A stretch of 64,000 nt of DNA. It comes from Bdellovibrionota bacterium. GTDB lineage: Bacteria; Bdellovibrionota_C; UBA2361; JBIKUX01. This document shows positions 9,773 through 20,104 of the stretch, piece by piece. Under the pieces are notes generated by a model, which saw only the letters and a list, made by a program, of their open reading frames with translations, did no database searches and was not told the origin of the DNA. The first letter of the stretch is position 1; every line of letters begins with the position of its first letter. The DNA lies in NCBI GenBank assembly GCA_044347345.1, contig JBIKUX010000007.1, positions 42,310 through 106,309 of the forward strand, written 5' to 3'. The position numbers and the translations under genes were made by a program.

Positions 9773-10681
9773 ATGATTAGGACGTCTCCAGTAGTATGTT
9801 TCGGAGAAGTCCTGTGGGACTGTCTCCCCGACAAAAAAGTCCTAGGTGGCGCGCCCGCTAATGTAGCGGTGCGTTTATCACAGCTTGGTTTACCAGCATT
9901 TCTGGTGAGCGCTGTAGGTGAGGATAATGCTGGCAGGGATATAATCAAAGAGCTCAGCGAGCTTGGAGTGGATACCCGGCATGTTCAATGTAATTCGCAA
10001 AAAACAGGAAGGGTCGAAGTAACGCTAAGTGACGACAAAAACCCGCGGTTTGTTATTGAACAAGATGTTGCTTACGACTATATAAGACCTGAAGTTGAGC
10101 TTGAAGCGCTGCTGTCATCTTGCTCAGTCCTAGTATTCGGCACACTTGCGCAAAGGTCCCCGCAAACGGCATCGACACTATTTTGGCTTATGGAGAGAGC
10201 TCCTCAAGCGACTAAAGTTCTGGACGTAAATCTTCGAAAAGACTGCTACAGCGCAGAGTCAATCAAAAAATCTCTCGAAGCCACCGATATAGTAAAGCTT
10301 AACGAGACAGAACTTCTCATTCTGTCTGATCTTCTTAAAATTTCGTCTGATCGCGGACATCATAATTTTCTGAAGCTACTAAATGAGCAGTTTTCTTTGC
10401 AAGGTTCGATTCTTACCCGCGGTGAAAAGGGAGTCTTCTGCCTTACCAAAGAAAACCAGGAAATAGTTGTACCGGCTAAATCCATCTCCGTTGTTGACAC
10501 TATCGGAGCTGGCGATGCCTTCACCGCTGGACTGGCGAGCGGCCTGTACCACAAGTTTTCTTTGGAGCGATGCTGTATGATTGGAAATGAAATGGGTGCC
10601 GCTGCCGCACAATCCGAAGGTGGCACCGGGAGGCTGCCAAAAGATTTCGATATACCAGCTCTCTTCGAAAAGGTTGATTAA
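9773..10681 (+). CDS. PfkB-family carbohydrate kinase (fructokinase)
   Basis: FGEVLWD, GGAPANVA, DVNLR, KLNETE, VVDTIGAGDAF. Confidence 0.92.
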   Translation: MIRTSPVVCFGEVLWDCLPDKKVLGGAPANVAVRLSQLGLPAFLVSAVGEDNAGRDIIKELSELGVDTRHVQCNSQKTGRVEVTLSDDKNPRFVIEQDVAYDYIRPEVELEALLSSCSVLVFGTLAQRSPQTASTLFWLMERAPQATKVLDVNLRKDCYSAESIKKSLEATDIVKLNETELLILSDLLKISSDRGHHNFLKLLNEQFSLQGSILTRGEKGVFCLTKENQEIVVPAKSISVVDTIGAGDAFTAGLASGLYHKFSLERCCMIGNEMGAAAAQSEGGTGRLPKDFDIPALFEKVD

Positions 10682-10897
10682 GAGCAGATCATCCAACTAT
10701 TTTCCGGCGCAGATGTGAGCCTTTAGAAGTGGTGACACTATAGAACCCGAGGTGGCTTCACCCACCGAGCTTTAGGTTCGGTGCAACCTTCATAATCAAA
10801 CATATCCCCACTGCACTGGCATCCCCGCCAAAAACATCCCACCTAATAATGGCATTAACGCCATTTCTTCCCCCCTTTTTTTGGTACACTGCCCAGT

Positions 10898-12262
10898 ATG
10901 TAGCGGGAAATACTTACGAGCTTAGAACTTTGGCGGGCGGGCTCCTTTGGGGGTTCGAAAGCCTCTGGTTCTGCGCGGGGCGCGGCAGACGGGGAAGTCG
11001 TTTATTGTGCACGCCTTTGGCAGCCAGGCGTACCGCAAAGTGCATGTGGTCGACTTTCGCGTCTAACGTAACTTGCGCGAAGTGTTTCAGCATACGCTCG
11101 AGCCAGCATCTATCCTCCGTTAGCTCGAATTCACGTTAAATGAAACAATCGACCCGTCCCAAGACTTGGTCTTTTTTGATGAAATCCAAGACGCGCCGGG
11201 GGCGGCTGCCCGGGGGTCTGTAGGCTCGTTTAAGTATTTTAAGGAGAACGCGCCCGAGCTACACATCATCGGGGCTGGTTCTCATATCGGCCTTACCAAA
11301 AATGAGGAGCCTTTTCCCGTCGGTGCAGTGTCTTTTTTGACTATGTATCCGATGTCTTTCTATGAGTTTCTCAAGGCTATTTAGAATCGGGTGCTGCCGG
11401 AGTTAGAGTCCATCTCGTTGACAGCGCTCAAACCTATTCCAACGGTAATCCACCAGCACCTCCTCAGTCGGTGGCGTGAGTATCTTGTGGTGAGTGGATT
11501 GCCCCGGAAGGTCGTAGCCACCTACATTGCGATGAACGCTGCAAGCCCGTTAGAGCGATTTAACGCAGTGCGCGAGAAACAGTATGCTCTCATCGAGGGA
11601 TATCGCAGCGATTTTTCGAAACACTCAGGAACGGTCAATGCCAATCATATCGACCACGTTTTCACGGCAGTTCCGCATCAACTCTCAACGTCGCTCGATA
11701 CTTCGGCCAAACGATTCCAGTTTGCCGGGATAATTCCCCAACAAGCCCGCTTTCGAAATTTAAGGGATCCGATCGGCTGGTACAAAAAAGCCCGGCTTGT
11801 CATCCCCACACTGATTGCCAATTCTGGCGAGCAACCACTTACGCACACACATTGCTGAGAATCAATTTAAGCTCTATCTGTTCGACATCGTCTTGTTGCA
11901 TGCCATGCTACAGGTTCCAATCGCCCTGTTGCTGCACAACGAGCTAAGCTCATATTAGAAAGGCTTTATCGTTAGAAAACTTTGTTGCTCAAGAGTTGCT
12001 CCAAGGCAATGAGGACGACCTTATCACTTGGCAACAAGGCGAGGCTGAAGTGGAATTTCCTGGGGTGGAATTTCTTACCCACAGCCCCTTAGGCGATGTA
12101 ATACCTATAGAGGTCAAATCATCGGAACGGAGCCGCAAAGCAAAAAGCCTCGACTCATTTATTACTCGCTATAAACCGAATCAGGCCTATAAGATCACCG
12201 ACCAAAATATCGGGGTAACATCGGGTAAGGTGATTACAACTCTGCCTGCTGCATCTGGCTAG
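10898..12262 (+). pseudogene. AAA_14/DUF4143 ATP-binding protein pseudogene
   Basis: M*REILTSLELWR, KPLVLRGARQTGKS (Walker A), VFFDEIQ, FPVG...MYPMSFYEFL, KLYLFD, EVEF, IPIEVKS. Multiple stops and frameshifts. Confidence 0.85.
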
Positions 12263-12329
12263 GTTATTGCGAAGTCACGGCTAAGTACATCGGCTAACTA
12301 CCCTCCCCACTCATACATACTCGGCACAA

Positions 12330-12684
12330 GCGCCTTCAAAAACACCTCGACGGGTAAACCTCACACCATCAACTGTAAGCATCTCGTCACCGCGATACAA
12401 ACAGAAACGCTGCGCTTCTGGATACGCCTTGCCGAACGCATGTAATCCTTTGAGATCTGAAACAATCAAGGAGGCGAGAATGTTTAACCTCTATCGCGAC
12501 GAAAAGGTTTGAGCCGTGCACTATAAAGTCAACTTCTAGGCCAGACTGTGTGCGCCAGAAAGTAGCTGTATGAGGCTCAAGTAAATACGCTGACCATGCC
12601 CACAGATGTTGGGCTACAAGCCCTTCTAGCGCGGCCCTGGCCATGAGTGAATTAAATATCCCGGCATCAAAGAGATAGAACTTA
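12330..12684 (-). pseudogene. DUF4143 C-terminal fragment, truncated by the IS91 remnant
   Basis: KFYLFDAGIF...LEGLVAQHL...FWRTQSGLEVDFIV...AIEVK. Confidence 0.75.
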
Positions 12685-12692
12685 GTGGTGGG

Positions 12693-13044
12693 GCTGGCTG
12701 GCACGCAGTGCACCGCGCTTTTGAGCAGTGCACCGCGCTTTTGAGCAACCATGCTCGAGCACTACGCAGTCAAGGTATGAATGAAGCACTTCACGTACTT
12801 CATCGCGTAATGCTTCCGTACTGCTGCTGGAACCGCTCCTCCCACCACCATTCAAGTTGCTCGTGACAGTGGTACACAAGTCGGTAAAGGACTGTATCAG
12901 TTGTGGGGCACGCCTGCGGTACCGCGAGCCGCGGGAACAACAAAATCACGGGAAGGTAAGTTCGGTGCAGGCGAGACCATACCGAACAAGAATCGACAAC
13001 TCCAAGAATGAATTGCTTGAGACGGGAGCTATATTCGACGGCAT
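12693..13044 (-). mobile_element. IS91 5' remnant, inverted copy of 2416-2750
   Basis: Reverse-complement identity to 2416-2750; it also carries an internal 20-bp tandem duplication (GCAGTGCACCGCGCTTTTGA x2). Confidence 0.8.
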
Positions 13045-13318
13045 GGTTAAATAGCCGGTAAGACGTCAATATTAATCGATTTGGCGTCCAATTTATTCAG
13101 TAGTTTCATTAGGAGAAAAATTGGGATGATTGATACAGCGTTAGTTTCGGGGGGAGCAATTCGAGGTCTAGGAGCATCGAAATCGAGCTACCAGACCACA
13201 TGAGTTACGTGACGTGAAAGAAAAATCATAACCCCACTGATTTCAGCAGTCTTAGCTACTGGTGTAGGCGTTAGTGGGAGGTAAGGTAAGATGAGGGGAA
13301 TAAAATAAACAATCCCCC

Positions 13319-13606
13319 CTACTCCATGCAACGCTCCGGCAATGGCGGCGGCGGGAAAATACCCATTCTTACGTGCCAGTATGCCCAGGAGCGGGGGTCG
13401 ATAATGCCCGCTGGAGCAGCGCGAAGGGCTGCCCGAAACTCATCGTCGCTTACATGCGCCCGGATACTTTTCATATCCTCATGAGTTGCATAGCGCATGG
13501 CATACGCGAGAAATCGCACGGGTTGCGCAATCGCGACCATTGGCTCCTCAAACCAAATAATTCTGCGACTGATGGCAAGCAGTTCGGGGGTCGCTGGCAG
13601 ATGCAT
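13319..13606 (-). CDS. Small partner protein (putative antitoxin) of the AbiEii-like gene
   Basis: Start codon abuts the upstream stop; IIWFEEP...RFLAYAM.Y...APAGIIDPRSWAYWH. Confidence 0.7.
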   Translation of the reverse strand: MHLPATPELLAISRRIIWFEEPMVAIAQPVRFLAYAMRYATHEDMKSIRAHVSDDEFRAALRAAPAGIIDPRSWAYWHVRMGIFPPPPLPERCME

Positions 13607-14278
13607 CTAATCCTCATCTCCCTTGTCAGGAGTCTTAAGCACGGAGAGCACAGGGATCTTGTCTAGTTCGGTATTATGCACCGCTTCGATAAGTCGAACT
13701 TTTAGCTCGTGCGGCAGCGACATTAGTGATTCTTCCTCGAAGTAGCAGAGGGCTTTAAGAGCACTTTGCGGAGCAAACGTATGCCCATACAGTGCTTGGC
13801 CTGCTGCAAGTATAGCAGGCAGTGCAATCCCGTGAGTAATCAGTGCGTCTATATCAATATAGTCTTTCGCCTCTGCCCGTTTCTGCACAACTGCAGCCTT
13901 TGTTCCGGCAATATCAAGCAACGAAGCAACTCTCAATTGATTGTCTGGCGCAAACAAGGGGGGGCGCAGCAACGGCAGATGAGGCACGCCAAAGAAAGAG
14001 AGCTTTACCCACCCACCTCTTTCCACGCCGACGGTGAGAGTCTGCGGTGCCTTTTCCAAAATCGTCGCACCTTGCAGCAGCTCGAGAGCGAGCACTTCAT
14101 CTGGATCAATTAATCTTGTGCCGAAAAAATTAAAATCAATAGACTCCCGATGCCCAAGATGAAGAGCAAGAGCGGTACCACCGTAAAGAGTGAACCATGG
14201 CGGAATCGCAACTAGCTCATGCCAAAGTTCTCTTTGGGGCGTAGGAAGTATCTGTAGCTGCGGAAGAAATGGTGCCAT
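13607..14278 (-). CDS. AbiEii/AbiGii-family nucleotidyltransferase (type IV TA toxin-like)
   Basis: LYGGTALALHLGHRESIDFNFF, VKLSFF, DIAGTK, KRAEAKDYIDI. Probable ATG at 14278. Confidence 0.85.
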   Translation of the reverse strand: MAPFLPQLQILPTPQRELWHELVAIPPWFTLYGGTALALHLGHRESIDFNFFGTRLIDPDEVLALELLQGATILEKAPQTLTVGVERGGWVKLSFFGVPHLPLLRPPLFAPDNQLRVASLLDIAGTKAAVVQKRAEAKDYIDIDALITHGIALPAILAAGQALYGHTFAPQSALKALCYFEEESLMSLPHELKVRLIEAVHNTELDKIPVLSVLKTPDKGDED

Positions 14279-14346
14279 CGCCGCAAAGTATACTTCGTCT
14301 GTGGCCAGCGAGGCTAGATCGGAAGCCGCGCGTATTAAACCTTTGC

Positions 14347-14490
14347 GACTTTGAACCTCTAAGTCTCTGAGGGAAAGAGGTGGGGGGAAAGAGGTGGGGC
14401 TGAGGCGATACTCTTTATACCATCCGAAATGCCTTTCCGCCTGTAAGAACAACCTCGCGGGCCATACTAGTTCCGGAATTTTGCAAGAGC
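14347..14490 (+). repeat. Composite repeat: 14347-14397 matches 19863-19944 and 14398-14490 matches 20963-21055
   Basis: The 93-bp block has one mismatch. The first block carries CTCTAAGTCTCTGAGGGAAAGAGGTGG, an IS50-like end. Confidence 0.9.
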
Positions 14491-14602
14491 CTTCCTAATT
14501 AAACAAGTTTTTCAGATTTTCGGCCTACTTACTAACAAGAAGGGGGATTTTAGGTAAATATTGCTATAAAAAGAAAGCCCTTCATCACTGTATTCGCCTT
14601 TT

Positions 14603-15493
14603 CTATTTCGCCGTCCAACACGATCGTAACGTTGCAATGACTTCGCCGTGGACGTTACCGAGTAGATCGTTGTGTCCGACGGCATCTTTACGGAGAAATG
14701 TGGTACGCACAGAAGAATGTGCGGAGCGTAGGATTGATTCGCTGTGATGCGCGCCGATTATTCTATCCGCTGTACCATGAGCAATAATGGCGCACGCATC
14801 ACGGAGCTGCGCTACATACTGGGCAGTCGGAAATTCATACCAAAGGAACGGCGCAAGGTGACCAATAAGTGCTGTTTCCGCTACCAGTTCTCCCAGGTGA
14901 GCATACGGCGCAAGCAGGATGATCCCGCCTGCCTGGTATTTGCCAGCCACATACGCAGCTACCCCTGTGCCTATTGAGTTACCGACGACCAGGAGCTGCT
15001 TGGCTGATGAGAGAGGTTCACGCTTCGATACAAGCTCAAACGCCGCATCGGCATCAGCGTAGAAACCTTTCTCTGAAGGCCATCCAGAAAACCGGCCATG
15101 GTACCCCCGATATTCAACCGAATAACTCGTCACTCCAGCAGCTGCGAGCCACCGCTGCAAAGCAACAAAACTGCCGAGTGATTCGGCATTACCATGAAAT
15201 AGGAGCGCAACCGTGGGAGGGGCCTCACCAATCCATGCCTCTTTTGCTGTATGACGCCACACATGAACCGTCGCACCGTCCAAGGCCGTAGTAGACAGCG
15301 CCTCAACATCGGCAGGGGGGACACTCATTTGGTTAATCACCGAGCCAGTATACAGCCCGGGGAACAGGTGAAAGTCCTGGGTAACGACAAAGAATATCGC
15401 CATGACCACCGTCGCGATGCTACCGCGAAGCAGCACGAGTGGTGCCTGACGAAGGGCCCGAGCAAAAAAGCGTGGAGGAAGAACGATAGACAT
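14603..15493 (-). CDS. Alpha/beta hydrolase (ABHD/Bem46-like) with an N-terminal TM segment
   Basis: FHGNAE, EYRGY, GNSIG nucleophile elbow, HGTADRII, GHND. Confidence 0.88.
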   Translation of the reverse strand: MSIVLPPRFFARALRQAPLVLLRGSIATVVMAIFFVVTQDFHLFPGLYTGSVINQMSVPPADVEALSTTALDGATVHVWRHTAKEAWIGEAPPTVALLFHGNAESLGSFVALQRWLAAAGVTSYSVEYRGYHGRFSGWPSEKGFYADADAAFELVSKREPLSSAKQLLVVGNSIGTGVAAYVAGKYQAGGIILLAPYAHLGELVAETALIGHLAPFLWYEFPTAQYVAQLRDACAIIAHGTADRIIGAHHSESILRSAHSSVRTTFLRKDAVGHNDLLGNVHGEVIATLRSCWTAK

Positions 15494-16179
15494 TCGGCTC
15501 CGCCTTATAAGAAGAATAGCAGAGTCAGCCACGCTGTGGTGCGAATCATTCCGTTGCTGTTTTGATTTACTAACACGCCTGATTGATTCGATTATTACTT
15601 AGCTGACCCCTTATTTAGACAGCAATCGATCCTTTCCTGTGTTCTGCCGATCGTGTGATCCTCCACTCATGATTGAAAAAGTGAGCTGCCTGCCGTGCGA
15701 GTAGGGCTTAGAAGAATTGGGGACACAGGCTAGTGTCTCTAATCTAAGATACTAATATGAGATACTAATATGAGACACCCAGATTAGCACTTAGAAAAAA
15801 ATATAATCACAAATTTTTAGTGGGTTAGCCGAAAACGGGGCGTCGTTCTACAAAAACCGCCGAAGTCAGAAAAAAAACCAAGCGATCCGACGACCAAGCA
15901 ACCGATTGCTCCGAATTTGAAAATAGACTGCCACGCGTCGCCGCCGTACCTTTGTATTATCGCACTATTAAGTGAGCGTAGGTTCTCTTGCTCGACTAGC
16001 TATATTGACCCCATCCTGATGTTAGAAATTGCGGAAAATCCGAATAAAAAAAGTATGCAACTACTAAAGAAATTACAGCTATTTTTTTTTGAGTTCTCGC
16101 GCCTCTTTCTCTCAAAGGCGCCGTCTAAAAAAAAGCGATCAGCCAGAGTAACCGGTGTGGCCCAGAGGCAGCAACGGTT

Positions 16180-17370
16180 TTAGCCAATCAACCCTTCAAA
16201 AAGCTCTTTGGGAGATTCAGCAGAGAGTAATCTATCTCCAATCTCTCGGGTGATGAGCAGCGTCTTCGACTCTGGATATTCCTGCTTAAAGGCATTGAGC
16301 CCTTTGTAACCCGCATCTTTTCCCGACTTGATCTCAACCGCACAGGTAAATTTCGGACTCTCGACAACAACATCAACATCCTGTCGGGAGTTAGACCAAT
16401 AGTGAAGTTGATACTCCATGGTGTTAAATAGCGAGATCATCGCCGCCTCGTACACGTGACCGAACCATGCGCTGTCATGGCGTATTTTGGTGGGGTCATT
16501 TAGCCCATGAATCAGAGCACTCGCAAGAGGAATAATTTTTGGGCTTGATGTTCGTTGTCGTATTTTACCACCGGAGTATCGATAAAGAAGCTTGAGTAGA
16601 AAGCCTTTCTCCATGAGCTCGAGGTAGTTCTTGATGGTAGATGAAGCGGACTTTTCATTCAGTTGCCCTACCAATTTCGAGAAGGAGATCTCCTGACAGG
16701 GGAGAGAAAGGACAATGTGCAGCAACTGCCTAAAGACAGCCGTATTGATAACTGGCCGGAGAGAAAAAATATCTTTGGTGATAATCGGCTCTATGATGGC
16801 GTCTCTAATGAAATTTGAGCACCGCTCAAACTCCTGACTGGATCTCTTCTTCAGCAACTCACCTAGTATCGGATAGCCACCAAAGGTTAGGTAATCATAC
16901 AGGTTCCATTGGTAGAGCGAACTCATTTCATAATGACTCCAGTGTGGAGCCTTTATGAGTTCAAAACGACCAAGCAGGCTCTCTTCGCCTTGCAGCAAAA
17001 GATCGAGGTTGGAAGAACCCAAGATAACGACGCTTAACTCTCTTCTGCTTCTCTCTTCGTCATACAGCTCTTTGATCAGCGGTGCCCACCCAGAAACGTT
17101 CTGTATTTCATCGAATGCGATTATTTTATGTCCAGGAATCCTTTTAATCTGTTCCCATTCAAACCGTATAGTTTGATGAGGATCAGAACCAGGGTTATCA
17201 AACTGCACATACCTTGCACGATCAGGAAAGGTCTGTAGAAGCGTCTTAATGGCTGTGGTCTTTCCCACCTGTCTTGGGCCACACAAAACCTGAATCAGTG
17301 GCGTGAAAGACGTCAGACGCTCTTCCAATATCCCGTAGAATTGTCTAGTAAAAACAGCTTGTTTTGCCAT
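16180..17370 (-). CDS. AAA_14/DUF4143 ATP-binding protein (intact)
   Basis: GPRQVGKTT, FDEIQ, LGSS, ESLLGRF, FGGYP, YWSN..DVDVV, AVEIKSG. Confidence 0.9.
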   Translation of the reverse strand: MAKQAVFTRQFYGILEERLTSFTPLIQVLCGPRQVGKTTAIKTLLQTFPDRARYVQFDNPGSDPHQTIRFEWEQIKRIPGHKIIAFDEIQNVSGWAPLIKELYDEERSRRELSVVILGSSNLDLLLQGEESLLGRFELIKAPHWSHYEMSSLYQWNLYDYLTFGGYPILGELLKKRSSQEFERCSNFIRDAIIEPIITKDIFSLRPVINTAVFRQLLHIVLSLPCQEISFSKLVGQLNEKSASSTIKNYLELMEKGFLLKLLYRYSGGKIRQRTSSPKIIPLASALIHGLNDPTKIRHDSAWFGHVYEAAMISLFNTMEYQLHYWSNSRQDVDVVVESPKFTCAVEIKSGKDAGYKGLNAFKQEYPESKTLLITREIGDRLLSAESPKELFEGLIG

Positions 17371-17499
17371 AACTGCAAAATAGTAAAATACATCTCACTA
17401 TTTTGCAAGATATATCTTACTATTTAGGGAGCCAAAGGCTTTAGCGCCAGTAAAGCCTTCTTGTCTCCCCTCCCCCTCCCCTCTCTCGCCTCTTACTCC

Positions 17500-17611
17500 C
17501 TCGCCTCTTACTCTCAGGGATGTAGAGAAACCGAAGCGTACAGCTGTATGGCACACACAACTTCAATAATTATGACCTAAACACCTCTAGGTCTCTGAGA
17601 AAAAGAGACAA
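17500..17611. mobile_element. MITE-like element, copy 2
   Basis: Same inverted ends as 1796-1907. Confidence 0.5.
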
Positions 17612-17886
17612 AAGAGAGCTTGCAGCTCCTGGCCTACTCTATGTTTTTGGTGTCCCGCCAGTTCGCGTCGACATACTCAACAATCTAACTGGTGCCCGCT
17701 TTGCAACAGCTTGGAAGAAGCGAGTAACTAAGAACATAGAAGGTGTGAAGGCAAAGATAGTCGGTAAAGGCTCGCTTATTAAGTTAAGCGGAATCACTTA
17801 GTAGACACGTTTGATGAGCCTAGCCCACGAACTGGTGGCTCGCTCGTACTAGGCTCATCGGTAGTAGTACTAGCTACCACCACCGC
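17504..17886 (+). repeat. 383-bp direct repeat, copy 2
   Basis: Matches 1800-2182. Confidence 0.95.
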
Positions 17887-18080
17887 GGGGCTGACTAGAG
17901 ATGCGAGCCTAGCTTGGCTTGGGCTTTCCTCGCCCCCCGCGCGTGCGAGCTGCGTCGTAGCCAAAGTATCGGGTAGTTGCCTCCCATCGGTCGGGGGGGA
18001 GATGTAAACCGAGAGCCTGGCAAGAAAGGTAAGCGGCTTACCCTGCCATAACACGACGCCTGCGGCGCTGCGCTAGGTAA
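17790..18080 (-). mobile_element. IS91-family transposase remnant (middle to C-terminus)
   Basis: KPLTFLARLSVYI, then after a frameshift DRWEATTRYFGYDAARTRG, then SSWARLIKRV. Confidence 0.75.
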
Positions 18081-18130
18081 CGACTGCTACGCCGTCAGTC
18101 GAAAGCTTTGTGAGGGCAAGTGGCGCGGGT

Positions 18131-18358
18131 TCAAGGTAACGAGCCAAGAACTGGAGCTGCTAACTGCGAGCCGATAAACGTGCCGAGTAATGCCCCGCCA
18201 ATACCTAAAAAACTGGTGCCAACCAGTCCCATAGGGTCACGGCCTGGCATTAGAATTCGTGCGGCCAAGCCCACACCAAACCCCACCAAGGTAATAAAGA
18301 GGAGGCTTAAAGAAACTTGCTCCTGTAAAGATTCAATCAGTGCACGAATTTCTTCCAT
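18131..18358 (-). CDS. GlsB/YeaQ/YmgE (transglycosylase-associated) membrane protein, possibly truncated
   Basis: GFGVGLAARILMPGRDPMGLVGTSFLGIGGALLG. Confidence 0.75.
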   Translation of the reverse strand: MEEIRALIESLQEQVSLSLLFITLVGFGVGLAARILMPGRDPMGLVGTSFLGIGGALLGTFIGSQLAAPVLGSLP

Positions 18359-18646
18359 CGGTGGTTATCCAACTAGCAAGAATAACTAATATTTAAACCG
18401 TTAGCACCGGACTATTTTTAGTGAGGCTGCTACCCAGAGCGACCAGGCTGTACAAAAAGATGTACCAGTTCGTAAGCAAACGCTGATTAGAGCAACAAAA
18501 ATAGTGTAAGCGAGATAACGTATGCTGCCTACCATCCCACCACCCCGATAATATCCTCCCAAACCGGTCCATCTCAACATTCCCTAACTGGCACTAATAC
18601 CAGGAGGAACCCCGTCTTCAACGTTACCGATATCCCCCGTAGTCCT

Positions 18647-19672
18647 TTGTTGCCAGCCGGTAGCGCCGCCCCAGATAACTTTTCACAAAACAGTGAAATC
18701 TCGGGTATGACTCAAGTTAAAACCCCACAGGATCCGGAGTACTGGTGCGTTTCTGATGACAAGACCGAAATTCAAGTATTCTCAATCACAGCAGATGGTA
18801 AGCTTACCCTGCTGCGAGAAATTGACCCCTTTAGTGGTGACGAGGCGAAACGCCCTAAGTTCCCAGATTTCGAGGCATTAGCGGTCGTAGACAACGCTTA
18901 CGGCAATCCGCAAACAGTTATCATCTCAAGCGAGCCTAAATATGATAAGGAAACGAAAGCGCTGCTGGCACCGCAAACTTTCTACTCGTTAGATCTCTCT
19001 GATGGGTCGGTAACCACATACAGCCTGCCACTGGAATTAGAAGGCAAAAATGGCATAGAAGCAATCACGGTAATCGACTTGCCCGATGGCGAAAAGGCGA
19101 TCGTCGCGATAACGGAAGATCCGCAAGGCCTCACGCACCAAGTGCTAACCTTACGCCTACCATCAATTACTAACCCAAACACTAAACTAACTTTGCTAAA
19201 CCAAGCAGAAATTGACCTTTCGGAGGTTCCCGCCGCTTTCGGGATAGACAACCCGGAGGAGAAGGTTATCCCGCAGATAAAAGAAGTATTTGCCGGCCCA
19301 GATGGCGACTTGAAATTTCTAGTTGGTTTATTCAACAAAGATTCAGACAACCCTAAGAATGCAAGTATTGTTTACTCGCTTAGCTTAGAGGGTGAGGCAA
19401 ACAATGGGAAAACCGCCGAGACCGCTCCAAAGCTTGTGATTCACGACGAAGGGTTTGCTCCAAAAGAAGGTTTTTTTCCTGGGGTGCCGACTATCGTGAA
19501 TCCATGGTCAGACAATTACGAAGCTGCTGTTTATGGTCCGGATTGGGTTTTAAATCTGATTTCGGACAATAATTCTGACCCTAAGCAGGACCAGAACCAC
19601 CTTTGGGTTAATGATGCCCCTCAAGCCCCCAGAGCCCCCAGCGAGGCCTTAGTGAGTGCCTATGTATTATAA
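18647..19672 (+). CDS. Beta-propeller protein, esterase-like phytase/SdiA-regulated-like; true start probably ATG 18522 via a C4 frameshift
   Basis: Repeated blade motifs: EISG, VSDD, DFEALA, NGIEAIT, NYEAA, LISDNN. Confidence 0.6.
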   Translation: MLPAGSAAPDNFSQNSEISGMTQVKTPQDPEYWCVSDDKTEIQVFSITADGKLTLLREIDPFSGDEAKRPKFPDFEALAVVDNAYGNPQTVIISSEPKYDKETKALLAPQTFYSLDLSDGSVTTYSLPLELEGKNGIEAITVIDLPDGEKAIVAITEDPQGLTHQVLTLRLPSITNPNTKLTLLNQAEIDLSEVPAAFGIDNPEEKVIPQIKEVFAGPDGDLKFLVGLFNKDSDNPKNASIVYSLSLEGEANNGKTAETAPKLVIHDEGFAPKEGFFPGVPTIVNPWSDNYEAAVYGPDWVLNLISDNNSDPKQDQNHLWVNDAPQAPRAPSEALVSAYVL

Positions 19673-20104
19673 GTGTCCCCGCCCCCCCGGATGGATGGTC
19701 AAACGCCCAGCCCGGCACAATTCTGCGTTAGTAGCACCGACGGGTAGGAACAACTATAACCCCCATTGATTTTAGTAGCCTAGGTCTTAGGAATATTTAA
19801 TATTGTGGTAATGCTGGGGAGTTTTTGTGTGCAATGTGGCCACGGAAGCACTAAAAACGGGTGACTTTGAACCTCCCTCTAAGTCTACCTCCCTCTAAGT
19901 CTCTGAGGGAAAGAGGTGGGGAAAGAGGTGGAGGAAAGAGGTGGAGATTGTCCCACACTAAATAAAGACTACTTTTCCATTTTATTGCAGTCCAAGGCTC
20001 AAGAAACCCTCTGATTAAAGCAGATGAGCTGATTCTGTGAACCAGTCATAATCCGCACGAGGATAGGGGAAGGAGCTTTCCTAGAATAACTGAGGAGAAT
20101 AAAG

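Noticed and set aside
14279-14452. N-terminal 58 aa of ORF 13607..14452
   Set aside because: Runs through repeat and IS-end DNA; the family-like sequence begins at ATG 14278.
15917-16183. 88-aa plus-strand ORF
   Set aside because: TTG start, homopolymer-driven composition, no motif.
13225-19790. TAACCCC(A)(C/T)TGATTT motif at 13228 and 19757
   Set aside because: Short and resembles a common intergenic motif; insufficient evidence of function.
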